DNA from: Candidatus Aenigmatarchaeota archaeon
GTDB taxonomy: Archaea; Aenigmatarchaeota; Aenigmatarchaeia; PWEA01; JACQIF01
NCBI GenBank assembly: GCA_016432325.1
Contig: CP066684.1
Span: 785,090-849,089 of the forward strand
Direction: 5' to 3'
DNA length: 64,000 nucleotides
A program made the position numbers and the translations under genes. Below are positions 55,449 to 64,000 of the stretch, in pieces (positions within the stretch are counted from its first letter, which is position 1; the number at the start of each line of letters is the position of its first letter). The notes beneath the pieces are model-generated. The model was not told the origin of the DNA and made no database searches. It saw nothing but the letters and a program-made list of their open reading frames with translations.

Positions 55449-55937
55449 ATGCACGGTAAAGGCATCAGCCCTCTCATAGCGACCATCCTGCTCGTGGCGC
55501 TGGTGGTGGCCATAGCGGCCCTCTCGTCCCAGTTCGTCATAAACTTCCAGCAGGAGAGACAATCGGAGATAGAAAGCAAAGGGTCGCAGAGGTGCACCTT
55601 CACGGCCTTCGTCATAGATCCGGACAGCGTCTCCTACACGCCGGGCACCACGACGCTTTTGGTGACTGTGAGAAACACGGGCTCCGAGGACATCATAATC
55701 AAGGACATCGTGTACTCCAATACCACTTCCAGAATCCGCGAGGTGGCCGTAGCCACGAAGAGGAGGGACTACGGCACGATAAACGCCACGTACCCGCTCA
55801 AGCCGGGCCAAGTGGAGACCATACAGAACACGACCGTCGGTTCGAGACCCGAGGAGATAACGGTCACGACAGACTGTCCGGCGGCGACAGACACCGTGCT
55901 GAACGACACGACCACAAACAAGTTCAAGAGGATTTAG
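55449..55937 (+). CDS. archaeal type IV pilin-like protein (paralog)
   Basis: Class III signal peptide (MHGKG|ISPLIATILLVALVVAIA); shares C-terminal TTGCPGITDTV/TTDCPAATDTV motif with neighbour. Confidence 0.6.
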   Translation: MHGKGISPLIATILLVALVVAIAALSSQFVINFQQERQSEIESKGSQRCTFTAFVIDPDSVSYTPGTTTLLVTVRNTGSEDIIIKDIVYSNTTSRIREVAVATKRRDYGTINATYPLKPGQVETIQNTTVGSRPEEITVTTDCPAATDTVLNDTTTNKFKRI

Positions 55938-55971
55938 TCCAGTTCGCAGGCAGTTTACGGATACGTGCCGT

Positions 55972-58425
55972 TCAGTTGGTTGGCAGTTCTATCGCAACAG
56001 CCTTCGAAACGCCGTCTTCCATTGATATGCCGTACACGCGATCTGCGAGGCGTATCGTAAGGTCGTTGTGCGTTATGAGTATGAACTGGGCGGCGTTCGA
56101 ATACTTCTTTATCAGCTCCGCGACCTTCTTGCTGTTCCTCTTGTCCAGAGCCGCGTCTATCTCGTCCAGCACGTAGAACGGAGCGGGCTTGTACATCTGC
56201 ACGGCGAACAGGAACGCCAGCGCGGTCATCGTCTTCTCGCCGCCTGACATCGCGTCCAGGTGCAGCTCGCGCTTGCCCTCGGGCCGCGCCTTTATGAGAA
56301 GGCCGGAGCGTATGTCGGTGGCGGCCTCCAGTTCTATCGCGGCCTCGCCTCCGTTGAGGTCTGCGAATATCTGGCTGAAGTGCGTTGCAATCGCGCCGAA
56401 GGTCTCCATGAAGGCCTGCACGCGCTTGGCTTCCACGGACGCGGCCATCTCCAGAACGGCCGCCTTCTCGTTCTCTATGATGCCAACCTTCTTGCTGAGG
56501 TCCTCGTAGACCTGCTTGTGAAGCTCGTAGTCTTCTATGGCCTTGAGGTTGACCGCTCCGATTCGGTTGAGGCGTTCGAGGACGCGCTTCTTGTTGTTCT
56601 CCAGAACCTCTATTGTCCCTTCCGTATAGAAGTCGTTCTTCTCGAAGAATTCTACGAACGCCTCTTTCTCCACGTTGAGGTTGCCTATCTCCACCTCGTA
56701 TTTCGCGCGTTCGACGCTCATCCTGCCCATCTCGTTTTGCACGGCGAGCATCCTGTTGAAAGCCTCGTCGCGCTTCGCGCGCAGCGCGTCGATGCCGTCC
56801 AGGGTCTCCTTGAGCTTCTTCTCGAACTCGTTCTGCGTTAGTGTCGTGCGCTCCCTTTCGGCGAGTTCCTTGAGCTGTTTTTGAAGACGCGCGACGTCGG
56901 CTTCGAGGGTTTCCACCTGAGCCGCGAGCTCCTGCTTCTGTTTGGCGTAGCGGTTGCTCTCGTCGTCCCGCTTCCGCAGGAAGCCGCCTGTCATGGCGCC
57001 GCTCTTCTGCACGAGCTCTCCCTCAAGAGTAACCATGCGCGCGGCGCCGATGTGCCTGCGCGCCGTCTGAAGAGTGTCGACGACGACCGTCTCGCCAAAG
57101 ACGTGGCGGAACGCGGTTTCATACTTTGAGTCGTACTCGACAAGATTCAACGCGAAGTCTATTACTCCTTCATTGCCTATCAACGCCTTCGCATCCTTGC
57201 CGCGTTCGCGCACGTCGAGCTTGTTGAGAGGCAGGAACGTCGCGCGGCCTACTCGCGCGCCCTTCAGATGCTCTATGCATTCCTGTGCCGTCGCGTCGGT
57301 GTCGACGATGACGTCGTGCAGAGCGTTTCCTGCGGCGATTTCAACGGCGGTCCTGTACTGCTGGTCCGTCTTCATGAGTCCGGATACTGTCCCGTGCACG
57401 CCTTTCTTGCCCAGCGCGAGCACGGCCTTGGCGACGAAGTTGTCAGACACGACCGCCAACTCGTCGAGGCGCGCGATTTCGCGCTTCGCGTATTCGATTC
57501 TGTCCAGCTTTCGTTCCATTTCCCCTCGCAGGGACGCCAGTTTTTCTATGGCTTCCCTGTTGCCGGCGCGCATGGCCAGAGCGGTCGCCGTCCTCTCCTC
57601 CTTCTGCAGCTCGCCGACCTCTTTGTCGATTACGCCGATTTCCGCTTGTACGGTATCAACCTTTTCCTTCTCATTGCCTATGCGTTCGTTCACGTTCGTC
57701 AGGCGTTCACTGAAGAAGTCCAGCCGTCGTTTGGTCATCGAGGCGCGAATCTTGCGCAGGTCGTTTTCCAGAGTCCGGTACTCGCGCGCCAGCTCATCCT
57801 CCTTCTTCAGGTTCTCCAGAATCTTCCTCTTCTCGTTCAGGATGATGTGGGCCTCCTTGAGCTTCCCGTCGACCTTCGCTATTTCCTGCTCGGCTTTGAG
57901 TTTCTTGTCGTCGAACTCGGCTATGCCGGAAATCTCGTCTATTATCTGCCTGCGTTCGAGGGGGTTCATTTCGATTAGGTTCGTGATGTCTCCCTGCAGG
58001 ATGATGTTGTGGCCGTCTGCGTAGATTCCTGCGTTGGCCAACACGTCGACGACGCGCCTGCGGTTCACTGTCTCGTCGTTTATCCTGTATACGGACACGC
58101 CTGACGCGTTCACCTTTCTGGTGACCTTTATCTCCGGTGGTTCGCCGGGAATCGTTCCGTCCGTGTTGTCGACGTAGAGCGAGACGGCGGCATACTTGGA
58201 ACCCTCGCGCTTGCGGCCGCCCTTGAAGACGAGGTCTTCCAGCTTGCCCGCGCGTATGGTTTTCGCGGAGCGGATTCCAAGAACGAACACCACGGCGTCA
58301 AGAACGTTAGATTTGCCAGAGCCGTTAGGACCGCAGATTGCGTTGAAGCCGGAAGGGAATGGCAGGACAGTGCGGTTCGCAAACGACTTGAAGCCCTGCA
58401 TTACGATGCGGTCTATGCGTACCAC
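55972..58425 (-). CDS. smc: SMC (structural maintenance of chromosomes) protein, compact 817-aa form
   Basis: N-terminal Walker A (GPNGSGKSN), central hinge, C-terminal signature LSGGEKT and Walker B (FYVLDEIDAALD); GTG start. Confidence 0.85.
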   Translation of the reverse strand: MVRIDRIVMQGFKSFANRTVLPFPSGFNAICGPNGSGKSNVLDAVVFVLGIRSAKTIRAGKLEDLVFKGGRKREGSKYAAVSLYVDNTDGTIPGEPPEIKVTRKVNASGVSVYRINDETVNRRRVVDVLANAGIYADGHNIILQGDITNLIEMNPLERRQIIDEISGIAEFDDKKLKAEQEIAKVDGKLKEAHIILNEKRKILENLKKEDELAREYRTLENDLRKIRASMTKRRLDFFSERLTNVNERIGNEKEKVDTVQAEIGVIDKEVGELQKEERTATALAMRAGNREAIEKLASLRGEMERKLDRIEYAKREIARLDELAVVSDNFVAKAVLALGKKGVHGTVSGLMKTDQQYRTAVEIAAGNALHDVIVDTDATAQECIEHLKGARVGRATFLPLNKLDVRERGKDAKALIGNEGVIDFALNLVEYDSKYETAFRHVFGETVVVDTLQTARRHIGAARMVTLEGELVQKSGAMTGGFLRKRDDESNRYAKQKQELAAQVETLEADVARLQKQLKELAERERTTLTQNEFEKKLKETLDGIDALRAKRDEAFNRMLAVQNEMGRMSVERAKYEVEIGNLNVEKEAFVEFFEKNDFYTEGTIEVLENNKKRVLERLNRIGAVNLKAIEDYELHKQVYEDLSKKVGIIENEKAAVLEMAASVEAKRVQAFMETFGAIATHFSQIFADLNGGEAAIELEAATDIRSGLLIKARPEGKRELHLDAMSGGEKTMTALAFLFAVQMYKPAPFYVLDEIDAALDKRNSKKVAELIKKYSNAAQFILITHNDLTIRLADRVYGISMEDGVSKAVAIELPTN

Positions 58426-58549
58426 TTACAGGTCACCTCTTAGCGCACTGAGCCGTAAGTATGAAACAGCAGTTTCATGCATGAATGGAGTCCCCGATAG
58501 AATACGCGCCCTAACCTATAAAATCGCGTGGAACGGCGTTCCAGAACGC

Positions 58550-59242
58550 TCAAACCAGCACGACGTTGTTCCGAGTGTCCTTGCCTTCCCCGAATGCCAT
58601 ATTGTATCTTGCGCGGTCCAGATTGGTGACCATCACCCTCGATATATTGGGATCCGCTGTTACTGCCACGAGTGCCCTCTTGTCGAGCCCTTGATCGGCG
58701 TGATTCTTGTATGGCGTGAAACGCTCTATGGTGAGTGTCGTTTCCCTTATCGACGGTCGCATTGTTGCAGGAGTGCCGGCTTCGCTCTGGACAAGATACT
58801 GTATTCTGTCGTCTGTGAAATCCGCGTAGAAAAGTATTCTTGTACGGCCCGGGAAACTGTCCTCACAGCCGTTGGAGTTCACGCCTTTCATTGTGATAGA
58901 CGCCATCTTTGGGACCCGTGCTTCCCTTTGCATGCCACGAAGTTCGACCAACAAGTCGTCACCTGTCAGCGCGACCGTGTACAGATCGGGCTTCCCTTTC
59001 AGCGACCTGTCGAACACTTCTGTGAAGCCTGCCACGTTTGGAAGCCTGAGATGCGAGAGCTGCGCGTCTGCCGCCTTCATCATATCTGCGAATCCGCTCT
59101 TGTCGACGAACCTCTCTTCAGTCCCGATGTATTTTATCATCGACTCCGCTTGCGCACCAAGCTTTATATGCCTTACGGGGCGGCGCGAGGTAAGCTTAAA
59201 CATCGGTTTAAGCCTTTCGTTTCGCAAGCCGATGCCGAACAC
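58550..59242 (-). CDS. hypothetical protein
   Basis: 230 aa; no family recognised. Confidence 0.4.
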   Translation of the reverse strand: MFGIGLRNERLKPMFKLTSRRPVRHIKLGAQAESMIKYIGTEERFVDKSGFADMMKAADAQLSHLRLPNVAGFTEVFDRSLKGKPDLYTVALTGDDLLVELRGMQREARVPKMASITMKGVNSNGCEDSFPGRTRILFYADFTDDRIQYLVQSEAGTPATMRPSIRETTLTIERFTPYKNHADQGLDKRALVAVTADPNISRVMVTNLDRARYNMAFGEGKDTRNNVVLV

Positions 59243-59273
59243 CCTTTATCTATTTGTTCCGCGAGTTCGTTCT

Positions 59274-60092
59274 ATGCCAGCAAACTTCGGATATGCATAC
59301 GGCAAGGCCGAGGCCCTCTACAAAGCGGCCAAGACGCGCGAAGAGAAGATAGCGGCTCTGGAAGAGATGATAACAGCTTGCCCGAAGCACAAGGGAACAG
59401 AGAACCTGCTCGCCACGCTGAAATCGAAGCTCGCCAAGATGAGGGAGCAGAAGGAGACGAAGACGGCGAGGAAGAGCGTCACCGTAAAAAAAGAGGGCGA
59501 GGCGCAGATATGCATGCTCGGCCTGCCGAACTCGGGCAAGAGCACGCTGCTCGCGCGCCTCACGGGCGCGAAGCCCCGCGTCGCGGACTTCGAATACACG
59601 ACCACGCGACCCGAGGTCGGCATGCTGGAACACAATGACGTGATGCTGCAGCTCGTCGAGATTCCTTCCACATGGACGCCCGAGCTCCTGTCGATAGCCA
59701 GAAACTGCGACGCACTCGTGCTGCTCGTTGACGAACGAAAGGACAGGCGCATGCAAGAAAAGGAACTTCAGGACCTCGCAGAAAAACTGAAGGCCAAGAA
59801 TTCCATCGTTGTTAAAAACAACGACGATCCGGAAGAGATAAAACGAAGAATATGGATGGCGCTCGACCGCATACACGTCTATACCAAGACTCCCGGAAAG
59901 CCGAGGGACGTGCCTGCGATAACGTTTTCAAAGGGCGTAACAGTGCGCGACGTCGCCCAACGCGTCCACAAGGAGTTCGTCTCGCGCTTCAGGTTCGCGA
60001 GAATCTACGGCCCGTCTGCGCGTTTCGCGGGACAGACCGTGGGCATGGACCACGTTCTGAAGGACGGAGACGTCGTGGAGATTCACGCGTAA
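59274..60092 (+). CDS. DRG/Obg-like GTP-binding protein with C-terminal TGS domain (short form)
   Basis: N-terminal LLATLKSKLAKMREQ (DRG-like), P-loop GLPNSGKST, C-terminal TGS-like GVTVRDVAQRVHKEF...GDVVEI; track ORF trimmed to ATG 59274. Confidence 0.6.
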   Translation: MPANFGYAYGKAEALYKAAKTREEKIAALEEMITACPKHKGTENLLATLKSKLAKMREQKETKTARKSVTVKKEGEAQICMLGLPNSGKSTLLARLTGAKPRVADFEYTTTRPEVGMLEHNDVMLQLVEIPSTWTPELLSIARNCDALVLLVDERKDRRMQEKELQDLAEKLKAKNSIVVKNNDDPEEIKRRIWMALDRIHVYTKTPGKPRDVPAITFSKGVTVRDVAQRVHKEFVSRFRFARIYGPSARFAGQTVGMDHVLKDGDVVEIHA

Positions 60093-60122
60093 GATAAATA
60101 CTTTCGCCTCGCAAATAACCGC

Positions 60123-60455
60123 ATGCCCGAGCTACAAACGGTAGACAAGGCGAAAGTGCGTGCGTTCGTTTCTGACACCCTCTACGGGCTCGCTGCTCTC
60201 GAGATTGACCAGACCGAAGAGATGAGGAGAAACCTGAGAGAGAACGGGAGACGCGCCATAGAGGAGATGAAAAACGGAGATATACAAGACGTTCTGCCTT
60301 CCGATGCCATGCTCGACGGCATCAATGCCCACTACGGAAGGCTGGATAAACTATACGACGTTCTCGATGGAGGGGAAGAACCAGACCCCCGAGAAGTCAA
60401 GGAAATCCGTGAAGGAATTCACAGCTTCATCCGCAGACTCCACAAGTACACCTGA
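60123..60455 (+). CDS. hypothetical protein
   Basis: 110 aa; no family recognised. Confidence 0.35.
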   Translation: MPELQTVDKAKVRAFVSDTLYGLAALEIDQTEEMRRNLRENGRRAIEEMKNGDIQDVLPSDAMLDGINAHYGRLDKLYDVLDGGEEPDPREVKEIREGIHSFIRRLHKYT

Positions 60456-60485
60456 TTTATATCGTCTGTCGACCAAAAGTGTGAT

Positions 60486-60776
60486 ATGAGCTTCCACGAA
60501 GCGCTGATTCCGAACGCGACCACGCCACTGGCCAGCATACCGACTCTCGTCACGTTCGCTGTTTTCCTGGTGATAATCTACTTCGTCTACAAGGGGGTAA
60601 AGCTCGGCATTCACCTGCTCATCATGGCCGCTCTGGGCGGGCTGTTTCCCGTTGTCGCGAACCAGTATCTGGGGTTCAACCTGCCTGTCACGATTCAGAC
60701 GATAGGATTCTACGCGGCTGTGACTGCGTTTGTCTATCTGGTCGCCCACTTCGGAAGGAAGCTGGTCGGGAAGTAA
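60486..60776 (+). CDS. small membrane protein
   Basis: 96 aa, 3 TM helices. Confidence 0.4.
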   Translation: MSFHEALIPNATTPLASIPTLVTFAVFLVIIYFVYKGVKLGIHLLIMAALGGLFPVVANQYLGFNLPVTIQTIGFYAAVTAFVYLVAHFGRKLVGK

Positions 60777-60817
60777 TCAGGAAACCTTCTGTTTCAACTG
60801 TCCGCTCTTAGCGGCCC

Positions 60818-61474
60818 TCAAGAAACAACCGTCGCATAGTCCTTTCCTGAAACAAGAACGCGACGAACCTTTCCGTTTATCTCCAAAGCCTCGCCGAGTG
60901 TTACGTTTCCCAGAAAGTAGTCTATGTCCAAAGGTTCGTCCGTGAGCGTCAGCGAGACCTTGCCCTGCAGTTGAACGTTGCCAGTGAGGGGCGACGTCTT
61001 GAACTTCTTTGCTTCTGTGCCGTAAGCGCCAAAGGATGTGAGGGGCAGCCCGGACGCCTTCACCTTGACGGATGTGCGTCCTGTGTCAAGCGCGACTCCG
61101 TTGACGCGCACGCGGTTTGCGGAGCCGTCCAGCGTGATTTTCATCTCGTCCACCCGCAGCGTGCCGGCATAGTTTTCTACCGTAACGTCCGCCCCGTTTT
61201 CAGCGTCGACGCGCACGCCGTTGACCGTTATGTCTCCGGCATCGTACGCGAGCGTCAGGGAAGAGACAGGCGACCCGCTCAGGTCGAGGGGAGCGCGCGC
61301 GAACGAGCCAACTACAGTGACGTTACGGGCGATCTGCCCGTCTGAGAATACGTCCCGTGTTGTGTCTGCGAATCCCCCTATGTCAGAAGGCGAGGCGCCG
61401 AGCTGGTTCATTATGCCGAAGGCGAGAAGGGCCAGGCCGACGAGGACTGCAGCGAAGATGTGCCAACGGGCCAT
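60818..61474 (-). CDS. membrane-anchored beta-strand-rich protein (DUF4097/adhesin-like)
   Basis: N-terminal TM (IFAAVLVGLALLAF), repetitive V/T/G-rich beta-strand pattern; track ORF trimmed to MARWHIF. Confidence 0.35.
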   Translation of the reverse strand: MARWHIFAAVLVGLALLAFGIMNQLGASPSDIGGFADTTRDVFSDGQIARNVTVVGSFARAPLDLSGSPVSSLTLAYDAGDITVNGVRVDAENGADVTVENYAGTLRVDEMKITLDGSANRVRVNGVALDTGRTSVKVKASGLPLTSFGAYGTEAKKFKTSPLTGNVQLQGKVSLTLTDEPLDIDYFLGNVTLGEALEINGKVRRVLVSGKDYATVVS

Positions 61475-61516
61475 ACGACCACAAAGACTAAATACCCCGG
61501 CTCGATATTTAAGCAT

Positions 61517-62173
61517 ATGATCGATGTCGTCCTGATTCAGCCCGAACAGCCCGGGAACATAGGCGCTGTGGCGCGGGCCATGAAAAATTTCGGTTTTCAG
61601 GCGCTCGTTCTGGTGGACCCATGCGAGCTGACGGACGAAACGCGCGCCCAAGCGAAGCACGCATACGACGTCATAAAGAACGCGCGCATCCTGAGGAAAT
61701 TCGAGCCGAAGAAGTACGATTACGTCATAGGAACCACGGGGATAATGGGCGAAGGCCGGCCGTGCGTCACGCCTGAAGAGCTGAAGGCGCTCGTCCCGGG
61801 AGGCAAAGTAGCGCTTGTATTCGGCAACGAGGGAAGAGGCCTTTCGCGGCACGATATGGAGGCGTGCGACGTGCTGGTGCACATACCGACGTCAGATGCG
61901 TACGCAGTGATGAACCTCTCGCACGCCGCGGCGATAGTGCTATACGAGCTCTCGGGGGCCCATGGTAAAGAGGTATCGGGACGGAAAGAGAGGCGCGAAC
62001 TGGAGAAGGCCTTTATAAACATCCTTGATAATTTAGGGTATCGGAAAAAGGAGGACGCGGCCCGTGCGTTCGGACGTCTTGTGAACAGGGCTCCGCCGCG
62101 ACAGGACGAGGCTTCGACGCTGGTCGGGGTTTTGAAGCGCATAGAGAAAACGCTCAACGGTGAACGGTTATGA
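61517..62173 (+). CDS. SpoU/TrmH-family (SPOUT) RNA 2'-O-methyltransferase
   Basis: IDVVLIQPEQPGNIGAVARAMKNFG...LVFGNEGRGLS...HIP motifs; track ORF trimmed to ATG 61517. Confidence 0.7.
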   Translation: MIDVVLIQPEQPGNIGAVARAMKNFGFQALVLVDPCELTDETRAQAKHAYDVIKNARILRKFEPKKYDYVIGTTGIMGEGRPCVTPEELKALVPGGKVALVFGNEGRGLSRHDMEACDVLVHIPTSDAYAVMNLSHAAAIVLYELSGAHGKEVSGRKERRELEKAFINILDNLGYRKKEDAARAFGRLVNRAPPRQDEASTLVGVLKRIEKTLNGERL

Positions 62174-63366
62174 TGTACGCACAGATACCGACAGGAGACA
62201 CCCTGTTGCAGGTATTCTGGTTCGTCTTTTTCATCGGAATGTTCTTCTTCTACCCGCGGCTGCTGCTCTCCCAGACCATCTGGAAGATGGAGAAGGACCT
62301 CGCGGACCTCGAGAAGATGACCTCCGAATCGGTGAGGGCGCTGGCCAGAAAGATGAAGAAAGATTCGGACTCCAAGACGGTCGCGGAGATAACGGCCTTC
62401 CTCGACTTCTTCGCCCAGCCGCCTGTCGACATTGACCCGCGGGGAATAATGGCGAAGCTCGGAAAAACTATCAAGGAGCAGTTCGATTCGTTCACGGTCT
62501 TCGTCGAAGAGCATGCGGACGCCAAGGGCGTCGTCGAAAGGCGCAACCTCGAGGCGGCGCTGATAAACACGACAGGAGGCCACCAGATAGCGAAGGTCGT
62601 CCGCCACTATCTCGAAATCGTCAAGAAGTACAAGAATCTCCAGATCGCCATCATCATCCAGATGCAGATGCCCATGATACGGGACATCGCGGAGGCCGTC
62701 TCCAAATCCGTCAAGAGCCTTCTCGAGGGCGAGCCTGTCGGGGACGGAATCGGTCCGCTGGTCGTGGCGGAGATGATAGGGCCGTCGCACTACAAACACT
62801 TCAAGAACACGCAGATGGTCTACGCCGTCAAGAAAATGGACGGCAGGCGCGTCGTCTTCGTAAAGGCGGACGGTCCCGGAGCCGCCATAGGATACCCCGG
62901 AGAAGCGCTCGTGCCCCTGATAAAGAGATACAGGCCGTCGAGGCTGTTGACAGTGGACGCGGCCCAGAAGATGGAAGGTGAAACCACAGGCGCGGTCGCC
63001 GAAGGCGTTGGTGTCGTGATGGGCCCGATAGGAATCGTCCAGCGATTCGAAATCGAAGAGATCGCGACACGCATGAACATCCCGATAGACGCTCTCATAA
63101 TCAAGATGAAGGCCGAGGAGAGCATGTACACGATGAGCAAAGAGGTTTACGAATCCGTTCCAACCGTCACCGCTCTCGCCAAGAGAAAACTGCAGCGACT
63201 GCCTCGCGGACGCACGCTCATGGTTCTTGGCGTCGGGAACACGGTGGGCGTGGGCAACAACAAGAAGGAGCTGCGCGAAACCGAGACGCTTCTCAAGAAA
63301 GGCTTCAAGAAGCTTGCCAAGGAGGAAGCCGAACGCAAGAAAGAGAAGCGATTCTGGGAAAAGTAG
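62170..63366 (+). CDS. membrane-anchored conserved archaeal protein (DUF1512-like)
   Basis: 398 aa; N-terminal TM (VFWFVFFIGMFFFYP); overlaps upstream gene by 4 nt; family assignment from memory. Confidence 0.4.
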   Translation: MMYAQIPTGDTLLQVFWFVFFIGMFFFYPRLLLSQTIWKMEKDLADLEKMTSESVRALARKMKKDSDSKTVAEITAFLDFFAQPPVDIDPRGIMAKLGKTIKEQFDSFTVFVEEHADAKGVVERRNLEAALINTTGGHQIAKVVRHYLEIVKKYKNLQIAIIIQMQMPMIRDIAEAVSKSVKSLLEGEPVGDGIGPLVVAEMIGPSHYKHFKNTQMVYAVKKMDGRRVVFVKADGPGAAIGYPGEALVPLIKRYRPSRLLTVDAAQKMEGETTGAVAEGVGVVMGPIGIVQRFEIEEIATRMNIPIDALIIKMKAEESMYTMSKEVYESVPTVTALAKRKLQRLPRGRTLMVLGVGNTVGVGNNKKELRETETLLKKGFKKLAKEEAERKKEKRFWEK

Positions 63367-63408
63367 CCCGACGATAAGCATAATAAACGAACTTCTGCAA
63401 CGAATGCC

Positions 63409-63999
63409 ATGCGCATCACCTACGGCCTGATTATAGCCAACGTGCTGGCGTTCGTCGCGCTGGGGACGTTCGATCCTGTCCAGCAGCGCGCGCTTCTGGA
63501 AACCTTCGCGTTCTCCGGCCAGAACTTTCTGGGCGGCAGGCCGTGGACCGTATTGACTTCCATGTTCCTCCACGGCTCGCTCGTCCATATAGCGCTCAAC
63601 ATGCTCGCCCTGTTCTTCTTCGGCCACGCGCTTGAGCGCGAGGTTCGCTCGTCGGAGTACGCTCTAATCTACTTCGGCGGCGGCATTGCAGGGAACCTTC
63701 TTTCCCTTCTCGTGTTCCCCGCAGACCAGCTGTCCATCGGCGCGTCCGGCGCCATCTTCGCGCTTATAGGAGCCGCGATGCTGGTCAAGCCGTTCGATTT
63801 CGTGGCGTTCCCGTGGGTCGTCCCTGTGCCGATAATCTTCATCGGCGTAGTGATGATAGTGTCTAACGTACTTCTGTTCATCGCGCCTCCTGCAGGCAGC
63901 GACGTCTCGTTCGCGGCGCACGTCGGAGGCCTCTTCGCCGGTCTGGCCTATGGATTGCACAAGCGCGGATTCGTAAAAGGAGCGTTGCTCTTAGCGGCA
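63409..63999 (+). CDS. rhomboid-family intramembrane serine protease (3' partial, runs off window)
   Basis: Absent from ORF track because no stop within window; translation gives multi-TM protein with GASGAIFAL (catalytic Ser) and FAAHVGGLFAGL (catalytic His); TATA-like CATAATAAAC about 25 nt upstream. Confidence 0.65.
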   Translation, partial: MRITYGLIIANVLAFVALGTFDPVQQRALLETFAFSGQNFLGGRPWTVLTSMFLHGSLVHIALNMLALFFFGHALEREVRSSEYALIYFGGGIAGNLLSLLVFPADQLSIGASGAIFALIGAAMLVKPFDFVAFPWVVPVPIIFIGVVMIVSNVLLFIAPPAGSDVSFAAHVGGLFAGLAYGLHKRGFVKGALLLAA

Positions 64000-64000
64000 G

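Noticed and set aside
61720-63627. 635-aa minus-strand ORF
   Set aside because: Antisense to the SpoU methyltransferase and DUF1512-like genes; low-complexity Arg/Glu-rich translation.
1-64000. CRISPR arrays, rRNA genes, integrases or transposases
   Set aside because: No regularly spaced direct repeats, no rRNA-like conserved stretches and no recombinase-like ORFs were seen; the tandem duplicated modules at 44583-44700 belong to a tRNA locus.

Overview
This window is a gene-dense archaeal chromosomal segment of roughly 60% GC (estimated by eye), with archaeal-type promoters (TATA boxes about 25-30 nt upstream of starts, many leaderless genes), archaeal ribosomal proteins (uS12, uS7, uL11), Pth2, CarS, fibrillarin, Hel308, SMC-ScpAB and four type-IV-pilin-like proteins with class III signal peptides. 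Lineage is uncertain; nothing here supports a halophile. The most unusual content is the tRNA complement: seven tRNA genes, six of them interrupted by introns, four by two or three (Arg, Pro, Met, Ala), including introns in the T-loop (59/60), the D-arm and the anticodon stem, plus an intronless tRNA-Thr with non-canonical D- and T-loops. All of these were called by hand-folding; none was run through a tRNA predictor. Other notable items are a protein in which LeuRS-like flanking segments surround a Nudix domain, a tyrosyl-tRNA synthetase carrying an AT-rich in-frame insertion of about 110 codons, an aspartate racemase whose conserved N-terminus has no in-frame start, a low-GC island beside rtcA, several small 4xCxxC zinc-ribbon proteins, a relBE pair directly upstream of alaX, and a cell-envelope locus (acidic surface protein, GT-C and GT2 glycosyltransferases). 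No CRISPR array, rRNA, integrase or transposase was seen. Functional calls rest on motif recognition from the translated ORFs, not on database searches. Coordinates taken from the ORF track are exact; coordinates I derived myself (tRNAs, trimmed starts, small ORFs) may be off by 1-2 nt.
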